Positions 16,802 through 25,279 of a DNA stretch of 32,000 nucleotides are shown in pieces; the stretch's first letter is position 1; the number at the start of each line of letters is the position of its first letter. Made by a program: the position numbers and the translations under genes. Source of the DNA: Synechocystis sp. PCC 6803 substr. PCC-P. GTDB lineage: Bacteria; Cyanobacteriota; Cyanobacteriia; Cyanobacteriales; Microcystaceae. The notes under the pieces were generated by a model. That model was not told the DNA's origin. It saw only the letters and a program-made list of their open reading frames with translations, and ran no database searches. The stretch is from positions 2,550,001 through 2,582,000 of the forward strand of contig NC_017039.1 of the NCBI RefSeq assembly GCF_000284455.1, given 5' to 3'.

Positions 16802-17572
16802 TCAATCAATCAAGACATCTTCCCCGGAATCGCTTTGGCTGGCTTCCCATTCCACATTGGGCATGGACTCGAAAGCTTGACGTACATAGGATTCCCACAG
16901 GCTACGCATTTTAGCCAGGTAGGGATCTCCCAAGCGTAGTTGTAGTGTATGGCGCACGGAAAAATGATTGGCCTCCACCATGGTCAGATTAATGGGGGGC
17001 CCAACGGAAATATTTGACTTCATAGTGGAGTCAATGGAAAGCAAGGCGCATTTGGCCATGGCTTCCAGGGGGGTGTCATAGGTGATGGTGCGGTCCAGCA
17101 ACGGCTTGCCATACTTAGTTTCGCCAATTTGTAGGAAGGGAGTCTCCTTGGTGGCTTGGATGAAATTACCCTGGGGATAAATCAAGTACAATTCCTGGTG
17201 CGGTTCCCCCTTAATTTGCCCTCCCAAGAGGAAATTGCACTGAAAATCAATGCCATCTTTTTCTAGCCATGGTCGGTCTTTTTCCTGCATTTCCCGCACC
17301 TTACCGCCGATGTAAGTGGCCACTTCGTGCATAGTGGCAATGTTGTGGAGATGGTCCCCGTCATCCCGCTGGATATCTCGGTCAATCTGATGGAGCACCG
17401 CCTGGGTAATGGCTAGGTTGCCGGAGGTGCAAAGAATTAAAATTCGATCGCCAGGGAGAGAATAATCAAATAATTTCTTATAGGCGGAAGTATAATCTAC
17501 CCCCGCATTAGTGCGGGAATCTGCCCCCATGACCATGCCAAAACGATTAATTAAACCCAAACAATAGGTCAT
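16802..17572 (-). CDS. Anbu-type proteasome beta-subunit homologue (peptidase T1 family)
   Basis: MTYCLGLINRFGMVMGADSRTNAG is the characteristic Ntn-hydrolase start, with Thr directly after Met. About 255 aa. The ORF track opens at TTG 17578 (MAM-T...), while ATG 17572 makes Thr the residue exposed after Met removal. Confidence 0.85.
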   Translation of the reverse strand: MTYCLGLINRFGMVMGADSRTNAGVDYTSAYKKLFDYSLPGDRILILCTSGNLAITQAVLHQIDRDIQRDDGDHLHNIATMHEVATYIGGKVREMQEKDRPWLEKDGIDFQCNFLLGGQIKGEPHQELYLIYPQGNFIQATKETPFLQIGETKYGKPLLDRTITYDTPLEAMAKCALLSIDSTMKSNISVGPPINLTMVEANHFSVRHTLQLRLGDPYLAKMRSLWESYVRQAFESMPNVEWEASQSDSGEDVLID

Positions 17573-17598
17573 AGCCAAAGTGTGATGATTTTAGTAAT

Positions 17599-20500
17599 TC
17601 AAGGGGAGGTGAGACAATTTTGCAACCAAGCGACAATGTCCGCCGCCGTAGTTTGGGATTCCCGCAACTGAAAATAGGGCAACACCACAGTTTTCGGGGC
17701 CGGCGTCACCCCCAAAATGGCGATCGGGCCATGGAAAGTGCCCAACTGCTGCCAAAGTTGTTCCAGGTCTAGGGGGGAGGGACTCAACTGTTCGAACAAC
17801 AGCAGAAGGGGATGACCTTGCTTCCGTTGTAGTTGATGCCAGTAGAACCGCAGTTTAGATAAATTATCAGGGATAGCTCCGTCAAATTCAGGACAATCTT
17901 GGTCAAGCATTTGGTCGTAGATATCCACACTGGGATTATCCAAGTTCAAAAATTGACTAGTATCAATCCAAATTATCCGACAACCATTGAGGGGATCACT
18001 TTCCCCCTGTAAAGTTTGGGCCAGGGAGTATCGGAAAAAGGATCTTTGTTTAGAACTTTTCCCAGGAATACTGGTGCCGGACACCGCCAGGGGAGTTTGA
18101 TGCCATGCTTGATAAAAGTCAGCATAGGTCATTTGTCGGGCACAGTACCAAAAAATTTGCCAATGGTCTGCCAAGTTTTCCCCTTGGGGCCGGGCACATA
18201 GCTCCCGCAACTGATAAACCACCGTGGGTAATAACTTACGGGGCACAATTTTGATCAAAGCCTGGGTTCCATCCTGACGGACCCGATCTTCAGGATTTTC
18301 CAGCAGTAATCCCACCAGGGCTTGGGTCACTTCCCGATTGTTAGAGCCGATTTGGGCCAAGGTTTTCACCACACCCCGGAGTATTTCTGCCTCAGTATCG
18401 GTGCCAACCACACGGATTAGGGCCGCCAACACAGCAGGATTATTTTTTCCCACCAGGGCTAAATCTTGGGCGGCCGCTAGGCGGATACTTTCGTTGTCGC
18501 CATTTTGCAGGAGATTGATCAGGGCCATGAGGGCAGAAAGGTTACCTGGATCAATGGTGGCTAGACTGGCGGCGGCCTGTCGTTGGCCATAGGGATCCTC
18601 CTTGTTACGCAATAGACGTAGGAGAGTATTAATGGCGATGGGATTACCTGGATCAATGCGGCCTAAAATTTCGGCCCAAGTTTGGAGATGCTCGCTGGTT
18701 TCGGTGTTTTCCAACAAATATACCAGGGAAGACAAAATGCCGACGTTCTGGGGATCGACTTTTAGCAGAGCTTGGATAGTTTCATTGAGCAACCAGTCCC
18801 CTTCTTCCGTGCGGGGTTGGGCCACGGCTTTTTCCACTAGGGTAGTTAGGGTGGCGATCGCCGAGGGGTCTCCCTGGCCAATTTTGGCCAGACTACTGAC
18901 AATTAACCAACGGACAAAAACATCCTCCTCCGCCATCAATAGGTCAGCTAAGCCAGCTACGACGGTGGGCGACGGCACTTCCACTTCCCCCAGACTATAG
19001 ATGGCTTGTTTTCGCAACGGTAGGGGTTGATCTGCTTGGATATGCCTTTGGAGAACGACCAGAGCAGTGGGGTTGCCGGGGTCAATTTTTTCTAGACTTT
19101 CGGCTGTCTGGCAGAGAAAAGCCCCAGGGGGATAAAGCCTTAGTTTTTGCAGCAGGCCGGCAATGACCAGGCTGTGGTTTTTGCCCACCACTTCCAAACA
19201 TTGCAACACCTGACGATGGTGCAGAACCGATAATTTGGGAGAAAGAAAATCCAGCAGAGCTTTAATCACCGGCAAGTTGCCCACGGCACAATGGGCTAAG
19301 GTCTGGAGGGCTAGGCTGTAATCTTTTTGGCCAGGGCGCAATGCCGCCAAGAAAGTAGCTACCCCGGGGGAACTATTGGGATCAATTAAAATCAGTGCGG
19401 AGGCAATGGCAAAGCGCAAACTAGATTGTTCATGGAGGGCTAACTGTTGCTCTAAAACTTCGATCGCCTGGGGAAATCCCTGCCCCCACTGTCCCAGCCA
19501 TTGGCAGCATTGACCATATATCCGGTCATCTTCGGTGGTTTGTAGAATTTTGAGCAGGGCTTGGAGCACTGGCGCGCGGTGGGTTTCAGTCAAAAGCGCC
19601 GTCACCCATTTTTGTTGACCCCCATTACCTGCCATGGGCGGCAATCCCTGGGCTAATAATCTGGCCACAATTTCATCGGCCTGGGCAAGGTCGGGACATT
19701 CCCTTAGGGCCAGGGCCGCACACTCCAAAGCCCTGAGTCCGTAAAAATTTTCCGGGCTACAACGGTCGTCAAACTCCAACATTGCCTGGAGAAAGGCTTG
19801 TTTATTGACTAAGCTGATATCTTCCCTTCCCCACCAAAAGGCCAATACCCTCTGCCACTCTGGATCGAAAATACGATACTGATGCCGATAAATATCTAGG
19901 AAAAAGTGCCAATCGGCGATCGCCAGGGCGGCAAAATAATCCCGAAAAGTGTCGTCGGCAAAGCCATAGCCCCTTTCCCAAACGCCTTTGCGCACAGCAG
20001 TCTTGGGAATTAACCAGCCCAATTGCAAAGCCGAACGCAACAGGGGGGAATCTTTGCCAAAAATTTTTTCCACTTCCACCGGGGCCAGGGGCCGATGGTC
20101 AGCTCGGTTTTCCCCCAGCATTTGTTTAGCTAATTGACCCAAAAGCTGGGCCAACTCATCCTGCTGTCCTGGTTTGGTAGGGGCCCATTCACTCTGCCAC
20201 AGATAAAAAGCCTTAACTAATTTGTTATACAGAGCTCCACTGCTGACGGGAAAGTCCCTCGGTTGATCTGCCCAAAAGCGACAGCACAGCATTAAGCGCC
20301 GGGGACGGAGGAGATAGGGACGTAAATACCTCACCGAGGGATTGGCCAGGGCCTCTTTCAAAGCATTGGCTAGGGCATTGGGCTTACCGGGGTTTTCCGG
20401 TTGACCCGGGCGATCGGCGCTGAAATAATCTTCAATGGCGATTTCCACGTTATCAGGATAGACCAGTGGCTCGATTTGATAACGGGTAAAACCGGCCAGT

Positions 20501-21318
20501 CCCCGGGGATCGTTGCGCCTGGTGTCCGGACGACAACTCAACAGCACCGGAGTGGTGGGCACTTCCGCCAAACTATCCTTGAGCCAGGTAAGGCTGCCTT
20601 GGGCCCCGGACATCTGGCTTGGGTCGGTAAAGGTGTAATCAATGCCGTCTAACACTAACCAAAACTGCCCCGTCTGGAGTCCCAGCAGTAAACTATCCCG
20701 CCAAGTTGCCGGGGGAATTTCTTCTTCGAGGGCCATGGCTTCTTGTAACCAAGGACCAAATAGATAGTCTTTGATGCTCCGGTGTTTAAAACGAGAGGGG
20801 TTAAGCCAGATGGGTAAGCAATGGGCCTGGCCTTCTTGGTGGCGTTGCCAGAGCCCCTGGGCAAAATGTTGCAAAAAAATTGTTTTCCCAGATCCCGCTT
20901 CCCCCACGATCGCCAGGTAACGGCTTTTTTCCCCTCCCTCGGCGATGGGAGTTAATAAACTGTCCAAAAATTCCAGGGGGCCATAGCTAGCCGGGGCGTT
21001 GTGGCCGCCGGTAGATCCGCTGGCAATAACCTTAAGGGAACGGGGAATGCGACCGGCTTTTTTCACAACCCATTCCGGCTGAGTTTGCACTGAGGTGCAG
21101 GGGAGAGCCCGGTAGAGCAACTGTTGACATACCGTGGCCCAGTCGGGGACATTCGGGGAACTTTCCTGGTTATTTTCTTGACCGTGGTGATTGTTCGCTG
21201 TCCCTGAAAGGCTGGAGGAGTGGACCATGGTAGTTGCCAACAAGGTGGGGAGGAAGCAGGAATTGGGGGCGATCGCCAGGAATTTTGGGTCACAGGCAGA
21301 ATAAATTCCCTCTGGCAT
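17599..21318 (-). CDS. STAND/NACHT-type P-loop NTPase fused to HEAT (PBS-lyase-like) repeats, 1239 aa
   Basis: ATG 21318. Walker A GEAGSGKT (nt 20881-20904). Walker B FWLVLDGID (nt 20638-20664). About a dozen repeats by eye of the type L..IDPGNP.A...L..LL....D...R..AA (EKIDPGNPTALVVL, GRIDPGNPIAINTLLRLL, ATIDPGNLSALMALINLL, LVGKNNPAVLAALIRVV, QIGSNNREVTQALVGLL). A C-terminal region of about 175 aa is unassigned. An alternative start exists at Met31 (21228). Confidence 0.85.
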   Translation of the reverse strand: MPEGIYSACDPKFLAIAPNSCFLPTLLATTMVHSSSLSGTANNHHGQENNQESSPNVPDWATVCQQLLYRALPCTSVQTQPEWVVKKAGRIPRSLKVIASGSTGGHNAPASYGPLEFLDSLLTPIAEGGEKSRYLAIVGEAGSGKTIFLQHFAQGLWQRHQEGQAHCLPIWLNPSRFKHRSIKDYLFGPWLQEAMALEEEIPPATWRDSLLLGLQTGQFWLVLDGIDYTFTDPSQMSGAQGSLTWLKDSLAEVPTTPVLLSCRPDTRRNDPRGLAGFTRYQIEPLVYPDNVEIAIEDYFSADRPGQPENPGKPNALANALKEALANPSVRYLRPYLLRPRRLMLCCRFWADQPRDFPVSSGALYNKLVKAFYLWQSEWAPTKPGQQDELAQLLGQLAKQMLGENRADHRPLAPVEVEKIFGKDSPLLRSALQLGWLIPKTAVRKGVWERGYGFADDTFRDYFAALAIADWHFFLDIYRHQYRIFDPEWQRVLAFWWGREDISLVNKQAFLQAMLEFDDRCSPENFYGLRALECAALALRECPDLAQADEIVARLLAQGLPPMAGNGGQQKWVTALLTETHRAPVLQALLKILQTTEDDRIYGQCCQWLGQWGQGFPQAIEVLEQQLALHEQSSLRFAIASALILIDPNSSPGVATFLAALRPGQKDYSLALQTLAHCAVGNLPVIKALLDFLSPKLSVLHHRQVLQCLEVVGKNHSLVIAGLLQKLRLYPPGAFLCQTAESLEKIDPGNPTALVVLQRHIQADQPLPLRKQAIYSLGEVEVPSPTVVAGLADLLMAEEDVFVRWLIVSSLAKIGQGDPSAIATLTTLVEKAVAQPRTEEGDWLLNETIQALLKVDPQNVGILSSLVYLLENTETSEHLQTWAEILGRIDPGNPIAINTLLRLLRNKEDPYGQRQAAASLATIDPGNLSALMALINLLQNGDNESIRLAAAQDLALVGKNNPAVLAALIRVVGTDTEAEILRGVVKTLAQIGSNNREVTQALVGLLLENPEDRVRQDGTQALIKIVPRKLLPTVVYQLRELCARPQGENLADHWQIFWYCARQMTYADFYQAWHQTPLAVSGTSIPGKSSKQRSFFRYSLAQTLQGESDPLNGCRIIWIDTSQFLNLDNPSVDIYDQMLDQDCPEFDGAIPDNLSKLRFYWHQLQRKQGHPLLLLFEQLSPSPLDLEQLWQQLGTFHGPIAILGVTPAPKTVVLPYFQLRESQTTAADIVAWLQNCLTSP

Positions 21319-21399
21319 TCACTGTACCAAATCTACCTACCCTAGAACCGTTGGCCGGGGCAAATAATTACCGACAAATTCGCACTTCCACCAATCATG

Positions 21400-21428
21400 T
21401 AGTTTATTTTGACTATAAAAATAAACTA
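21400..21428. repeat. perfect 11-bp AT-rich inverted repeat with 7-nt loop
   Basis: tagtttatttt (21400-21410), gactata, aaaataaacta (21418-21428). It lies between the GST stop (21476) and the NACHT-HEAT start (21318). It could be a weak terminator for GST or an operator in the NACHT-HEAT promoter region. Confidence 0.5.
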
Positions 21429-21475
21429 TGATGGGGCCATGGGGTTAGGGTTTCCCAGGTTGATCTGGTCACTGG

Positions 21476-22030
21476 TCAGCGGGCACCGATGGAAGCTTGG
21501 AAAGCCGGTCGTTGCACTAGGCCCTGGACGTAGGCCGCCACCGCAGGATAGTCGTCAAAATTAAGTTTGAGCATGATGGGGACATAGGCCAAAATTGAAC
21601 CGACGGCCACATCCACCACCGAAAATTTTTCTCCGAGGATAAATGGCGATCGCCCTAAAATTTTCTCCAAAGATTGCAACAGTCGGGGCATTTCCTTTTC
21701 CCGCACTGCTTCAATAAATAAACCATTGGCCAGGGTGGAATTGGCAAATAAAATCCACTGGTTAACTAGAGCTCTGGCCTGGGCATCGGCGGGAATGGTG
21801 CTAGCTTTTTCCGCTAAGTAAAGCAAAATTGCACCGGATTCCCAGAGATGAAAGTTCCCATCGGCGATCGCCGGCACCTTACCAAAGGGATTAATGGCTA
21901 AATAGGGAGCTTGGCGATGTTCCCCTTCCTTGAGGTTAACGTTGACGAATTCGTAGGGCAGGGATAATTCTTCTAAGTACCACTGAATGATGGAGGCTCG
22001 ACTTTGGGGGGCACCGTATAGTTTGATCAT
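21476..22030 (-). CDS. gst: glutathione S-transferase
   Basis: Thioredoxin-like N-domain (MIKLYGAP.SRAS, NPFGKVPAI, ESGAILLYLAEK) plus an alpha-helical C-domain. 184 aa. Confidence 0.9.
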   Translation of the reverse strand: MIKLYGAPQSRASIIQWYLEELSLPYEFVNVNLKEGEHRQAPYLAINPFGKVPAIADGNFHLWESGAILLYLAEKASTIPADAQARALVNQWILFANSTLANGLFIEAVREKEMPRLLQSLEKILGRSPFILGEKFSVVDVAVGSILAYVPIMLKLNFDDYPAVAAYVQGLVQRPAFQASIGAR

Positions 22031-22123
22031 GATTTTTTCTCCGATTTGATGCTGTTTAATCCTAGATGTTGTCCTGGCTTGGGAAACCGATCCCCAGCAG
22101 AGTTTTGCAAAAAAGTTATCGCC

Positions 22124-23071
22124 CTACGGAAGATTAAAAACCACCATATCCTGGCCCACCACCGGCGATCGGGCAATGAGATCCCCTTTTAGATCGTAAA
22201 TCCACAGTCGTCGGAAGGAAAGTTTTTGGGCCCTCTGCCATAGGGCATCTAGGAGGGTTTGTTGCTGTTTGGGGGACAATTCCTGCCAGGAATCGCCTAC
22301 CGTCAAGGTCAAGCGACTGGCTAAAAAGTTTGGTTCGATGCGCTCCATCAACTGGGGAGGATAAAGTCCTTCTAAATCTACTAATTCCCGCTGAATCACC
22401 GCCAATAAACTCTGTTCCGGAGTTAAGGGGGCCAGGGGCAGGGGGGAAACGGCCACGGGTGCGGGGGGAGAGGGGGCTTCCAGGACTGTGGGTAATCCGG
22501 TCTCTTCAACTAAATTGGTTGTCTTTTCGGGAGATGTATTGACGGTATTGGGCGTGGAATCGGCCAGGGGCACCGGGGGCTGCTCTTTAGTCGGCAAAAG
22601 CGTTGCTACATTAGCCCATTGGGTCGCTAATTGATCCCAAAGTGGCGGCAGATTAAGGGGGGGAATACCAATCCAAAGGACAATCCCCACCAAAATTCCC
22701 AACAGGGCAGTGGCAATGGTGGCCAAAATACCGAATTTCCCTTTTTTACGGGGTTTGACTTTATTAACTTGGGGGGAAGCGCTAACATCTGTTTCTACAG
22801 ATTCAGCAAAAAAATCGTCCCATTGTTCCGTTTGCAGATCACCAGGTAGGGGGCCTGGTTGCAGAGGGGCGGGGGCAGAAGTTGCAGAACTATTGACCAA
22901 CACCGCTAAGCGGCTAGCCGTGGCCTGGAGGCGGTCAACGGCTGCTCGGGGAAGTTGGATGCCTTGTTGGGGATTGGCCTGTAACTTTTGAATTACCTGT
23001 TCAAGTTGCCCCAGGGTAGCTTCCAGTTGGGATGCGAGGGAGGGGTCTGATGGAGAAAATCGATCAGCCAT
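22124..23071 (-). CDS. hypothetical single-pass membrane protein with Pro-rich linkers
   Basis: Coiled-coil-like N-terminus. Basic patch KPRKKGKF followed by the TM helix GILATIATALLGILVGIVLWIGI. Pro-rich spacer (APSPPAPVAVSPLPLAPLTPE). Ordered C-terminal domain of about 100 aa. No family recognised. Confidence 0.65.
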   Translation of the reverse strand: MADRFSPSDPSLASQLEATLGQLEQVIQKLQANPQQGIQLPRAAVDRLQATASRLAVLVNSSATSAPAPLQPGPLPGDLQTEQWDDFFAESVETDVSASPQVNKVKPRKKGKFGILATIATALLGILVGIVLWIGIPPLNLPPLWDQLATQWANVATLLPTKEQPPVPLADSTPNTVNTSPEKTTNLVEETGLPTVLEAPSPPAPVAVSPLPLAPLTPEQSLLAVIQRELVDLEGLYPPQLMERIEPNFLASRLTLTVGDSWQELSPKQQQTLLDALWQRAQKLSFRRLWIYDLKGDLIARSPVVGQDMVVFNLP

Positions 23072-23170
23072 GGAGATGTTTGCAAATACTGGGCAAAGAG
23101 CTCAGGACAACCCTGGGGAGACGTGCTTGAGGCCAATGGATATCAATGGTTAAAGAAGGAAGGATAGGCC

Positions 23171-23689
23171 CTAAAACTTGGATTCCAGGGATTTCAGATA
23201 TTCCGTATTGACGCCGGATTCCCGCACCAAAGCAATTTTGCCCGTTCGAGCCACCTCTTTAATGCCGAACTTGGCCAACATCTGGAGGATTGCTACCATT
23301 TTACCCGGGTCCCCCACCACTTCGATGGTGACGGTGTCTTCGGAGATATCCACAATGCGGGCCCGGAATACCTGGGCTAGCTCAATCACTTCCGCTCGGT
23401 TAGGGGCATTGGCGCTCACCTTCACCAGCATCAATTCCCTTTCCACACAGGGAGTTTCGGTGATGTCCTGTACTTTAATTACGTTAACCAACTTGTAGAG
23501 TTGCTTGGTCAGTTGTTCGATGGTGTTCTCATCCCCCGGCACCACCATGGTGATGCGGGAAACGTCCCCCTGTTCCGCCGACCCCACCGCCAAGCTCTCA
23601 ATGTTAAAACCACGGCGGGCAAATAGTCCGGCAATGCGGGTTAGCACTCCGGCTTCATCTTCAACTAAAACAGAGAGGGTGTGTTTCAT
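23171..23689 (-). CDS. ilvH: acetolactate synthase small (regulatory) subunit
   Basis: ACT domain start [36 protein letters not shown]. 172 aa from ATG 23689. The ORF track extends 16 codons further to 23737. Confidence 0.9.
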   Translation of the reverse strand: MKHTLSVLVEDEAGVLTRIAGLFARRGFNIESLAVGSAEQGDVSRITMVVPGDENTIEQLTKQLYKLVNVIKVQDITETPCVERELMLVKVSANAPNRAEVIELAQVFRARIVDISEDTVTIEVVGDPGKMVAILQMLAKFGIKEVARTGKIALVRESGVNTEYLKSLESKF

Positions 23690-23918
23690 GGGGGGCAAAG
23701 AAGGCGATCGCCGGTGGCCATTGGGGTAAAATTCCACCGGTCTGGGTTAGGGCCCAGTCGTGCAAAGTTAGTGAAATTCGTTGATAAATCCAGCCTTATA
23801 TCCTACCATGCCCGCCGGGCAAGCTTGCATTTTGCAAAATTCCTCACTAGAGTTAGGGAAGCTGAAGAGTAGTCCGTCGGATCTTAAACGATTGTTTTTG
23901 CCCTTGCCATAGATTTTT

Positions 23919-24107
23919 ATGAGTGATTTACCCACCCCGGAAGCGCCGGAAATGACCAATCCTGCCCCAGCGGAACCCCCACCGACCTACGTTAAGTTGG
24001 CTATGCGTAATATGGTGCGCAAAAAGGGCAAATCCCTAACCCATTTTTTTCTGTCCGCCAGTGCCCTCCTCGGAGTGCTGGTGGGGATTTCCTACCTAAC
24101 CCGCTAA
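23919..24107 (+). CDS. small conserved membrane protein (62 aa), first gene of the ybeY cluster
   Basis: Pro-rich N-terminus, a basic stretch (MRNMVRKKGK), then one TM helix. Its stop lies 4 nt before the ybeY ATG, which suggests translational coupling. Family assignment is uncertain. Confidence 0.5.
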   Translation: MSDLPTPEAPEMTNPAPAEPPPTYVKLAMRNMVRKKGKSLTHFFLSASALLGVLVGISYLTR

Positions 24108-24111
24108 GGCC

Positions 24112-24651
24112 ATGGCCCCTACCTCTGTTAACAAGATTGCGGTGGAATTAAGCTTACAAACTGATTTGACTGGTTCCGCCATGGCGAGTTCAGGGGTGGA
24201 AGAGTTACTAACCAATCCCTGGCAAGGGTGGTGTCAACGCTGGCTGGAATACCTGGCAGATTGTCTTCCCCCCGCCTCCAGCTACGAACTCACCTTACTA
24301 TTCACCGGCGATCGCCGTATCCAAGAGTTAAATCGTAAATTTCGCCACCAGGATAAGCCCACCGACGTGTTGGCTTTTGCGGCCTTAGAAGGAGATTTTC
24401 CCTTAATAGAATCTGAAGAAACGGAGGAACCCCTTTATTTGGGTGATATAGTGATCTCCCTAGAACGGGCTGACCATCAGGCTAGGGAACGGGGCCATAG
24501 TGCAAAATTAGAAGTCGTGTGGTTAACGGCCCACGGCCTACTCCATCTCCTCGGTTGGGATCACCCCGACGAAGCCTCCCTCACCACCATGTTGTCCGAA
24601 CAATCCCATCTATTAACTTTAATCGGCCAAAATCCTCCCCTATTCACCTAA
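24112..24651 (+). CDS. ybeY: rRNA maturation endoribonuclease YbeY
   Basis: Zinc motif HGLLHLLGWDH (H..H.....H) and the DVLAF block. Confidence 0.9.
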   Translation: MAPTSVNKIAVELSLQTDLTGSAMASSGVEELLTNPWQGWCQRWLEYLADCLPPASSYELTLLFTGDRRIQELNRKFRHQDKPTDVLAFAALEGDFPLIESEETEEPLYLGDIVISLERADHQARERGHSAKLEVVWLTAHGLLHLLGWDHPDEASLTTMLSEQSHLLTLIGQNPPLFT

Positions 24652-24715
24652 AACTTGTAATCCAGGTTACATAGGAGAATTGTTCTGTCGACTACACTGC
24701 TCGGAGTCGTAGCTC

Positions 24716-25243
24716 ATGAAATCGGTATATCCCATGTCTTCCCCATCCTCGGCGGTTTTTGCTGATCAGGGTTTATCCGGCAAGGCTAATCAGACCCAGC
24801 CCCCTCCTCCCCTGGGTCTGGTGGTACCTGCCTCCAAGCCCGGTGCTAAAAAGCCGTTGAGAAAAAATGCCTGGCAGGTGGCCCCCAATCTCTTGGTAAG
24901 TTTTCGTTACGCCTGGGCCGGAGTTAGTTATGCCTTTGCCACCCAGCGGAATTTTCGTATCCATACCTTCACAGGGGTAGCGGTCATCACAGCGGCCTCT
25001 CTGTTGCATTTAGAGGCGATCGCCGTGGCGGTGCTGGCCCTGACTTCCTGCCTAGTAATGATTTTGGAGTTGTTAAATACAGCCCTGGAATCGGTGGTGG
25101 ATTTAACGGTGGGGCAGTCCTACCATGAGCTAGCTAAAATTGCCAAAGACTGTGCGGCCGGAGCAGTATTATTAGCGGCGATCGCCGCAGTGATAGTGGG
25201 GGGCTGTTTATTATTACCACCACTGCTATCCTTGATGGTCTAA
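24716..25243 (+). CDS. dgkA: diacylglycerol kinase (prokaryotic DgkA family)
   Basis: SFRYAWAGVSYAF..QRNFRIH, LELLNTALESVVD and IAKDCAAGAVLL motifs with three TM helices. A Pro-rich N-terminal extension of about 50 aa makes the exact start uncertain. Confidence 0.85.
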   Translation: MKSVYPMSSPSSAVFADQGLSGKANQTQPPPPLGLVVPASKPGAKKPLRKNAWQVAPNLLVSFRYAWAGVSYAFATQRNFRIHTFTGVAVITAASLLHLEAIAVAVLALTSCLVMILELLNTALESVVDLTVGQSYHELAKIAKDCAAGAVLLAAIAAVIVGGCLLLPPLLSLMV

Positions 25244-25279
25244 TCCCCGTCCACATTTGACCGTAAAGGAGCATTCCAG

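Noticed and set aside
17599-21318. Labelling the NACHT-HEAT protein as a known antiphage Avs/AVAST-type system
   Set aside because: No recognisable nuclease, protease, TIR or Sir2 effector domain can be read from the sequence. The gene carries HIP1 sites and sits among housekeeping genes. Defence remains only one hypothesis under the main finding.
18016-21431. Several plus-strand ORFs (for example 18338-18592, 18602-19000, 20401-20652) and an off-frame minus-strand ORF, all within or abutting the NACHT-HEAT gene
   Set aside because: These are antisense or off-frame ORFs within a 3.7-kb gene whose own frame shows clear Walker motifs and HEAT periodicity. The translations are Arg/Ser/Ala-rich and featureless.
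23681-23959. Two ORFs of about 63 aa (23681-23872 plus strand, 23768-23959 minus strand) in the ilvH / ybeY-cluster divergent region
   Set aside because: They overlap each other and the flanking gene starts. The region is better explained as a bidirectional promoter spacer.
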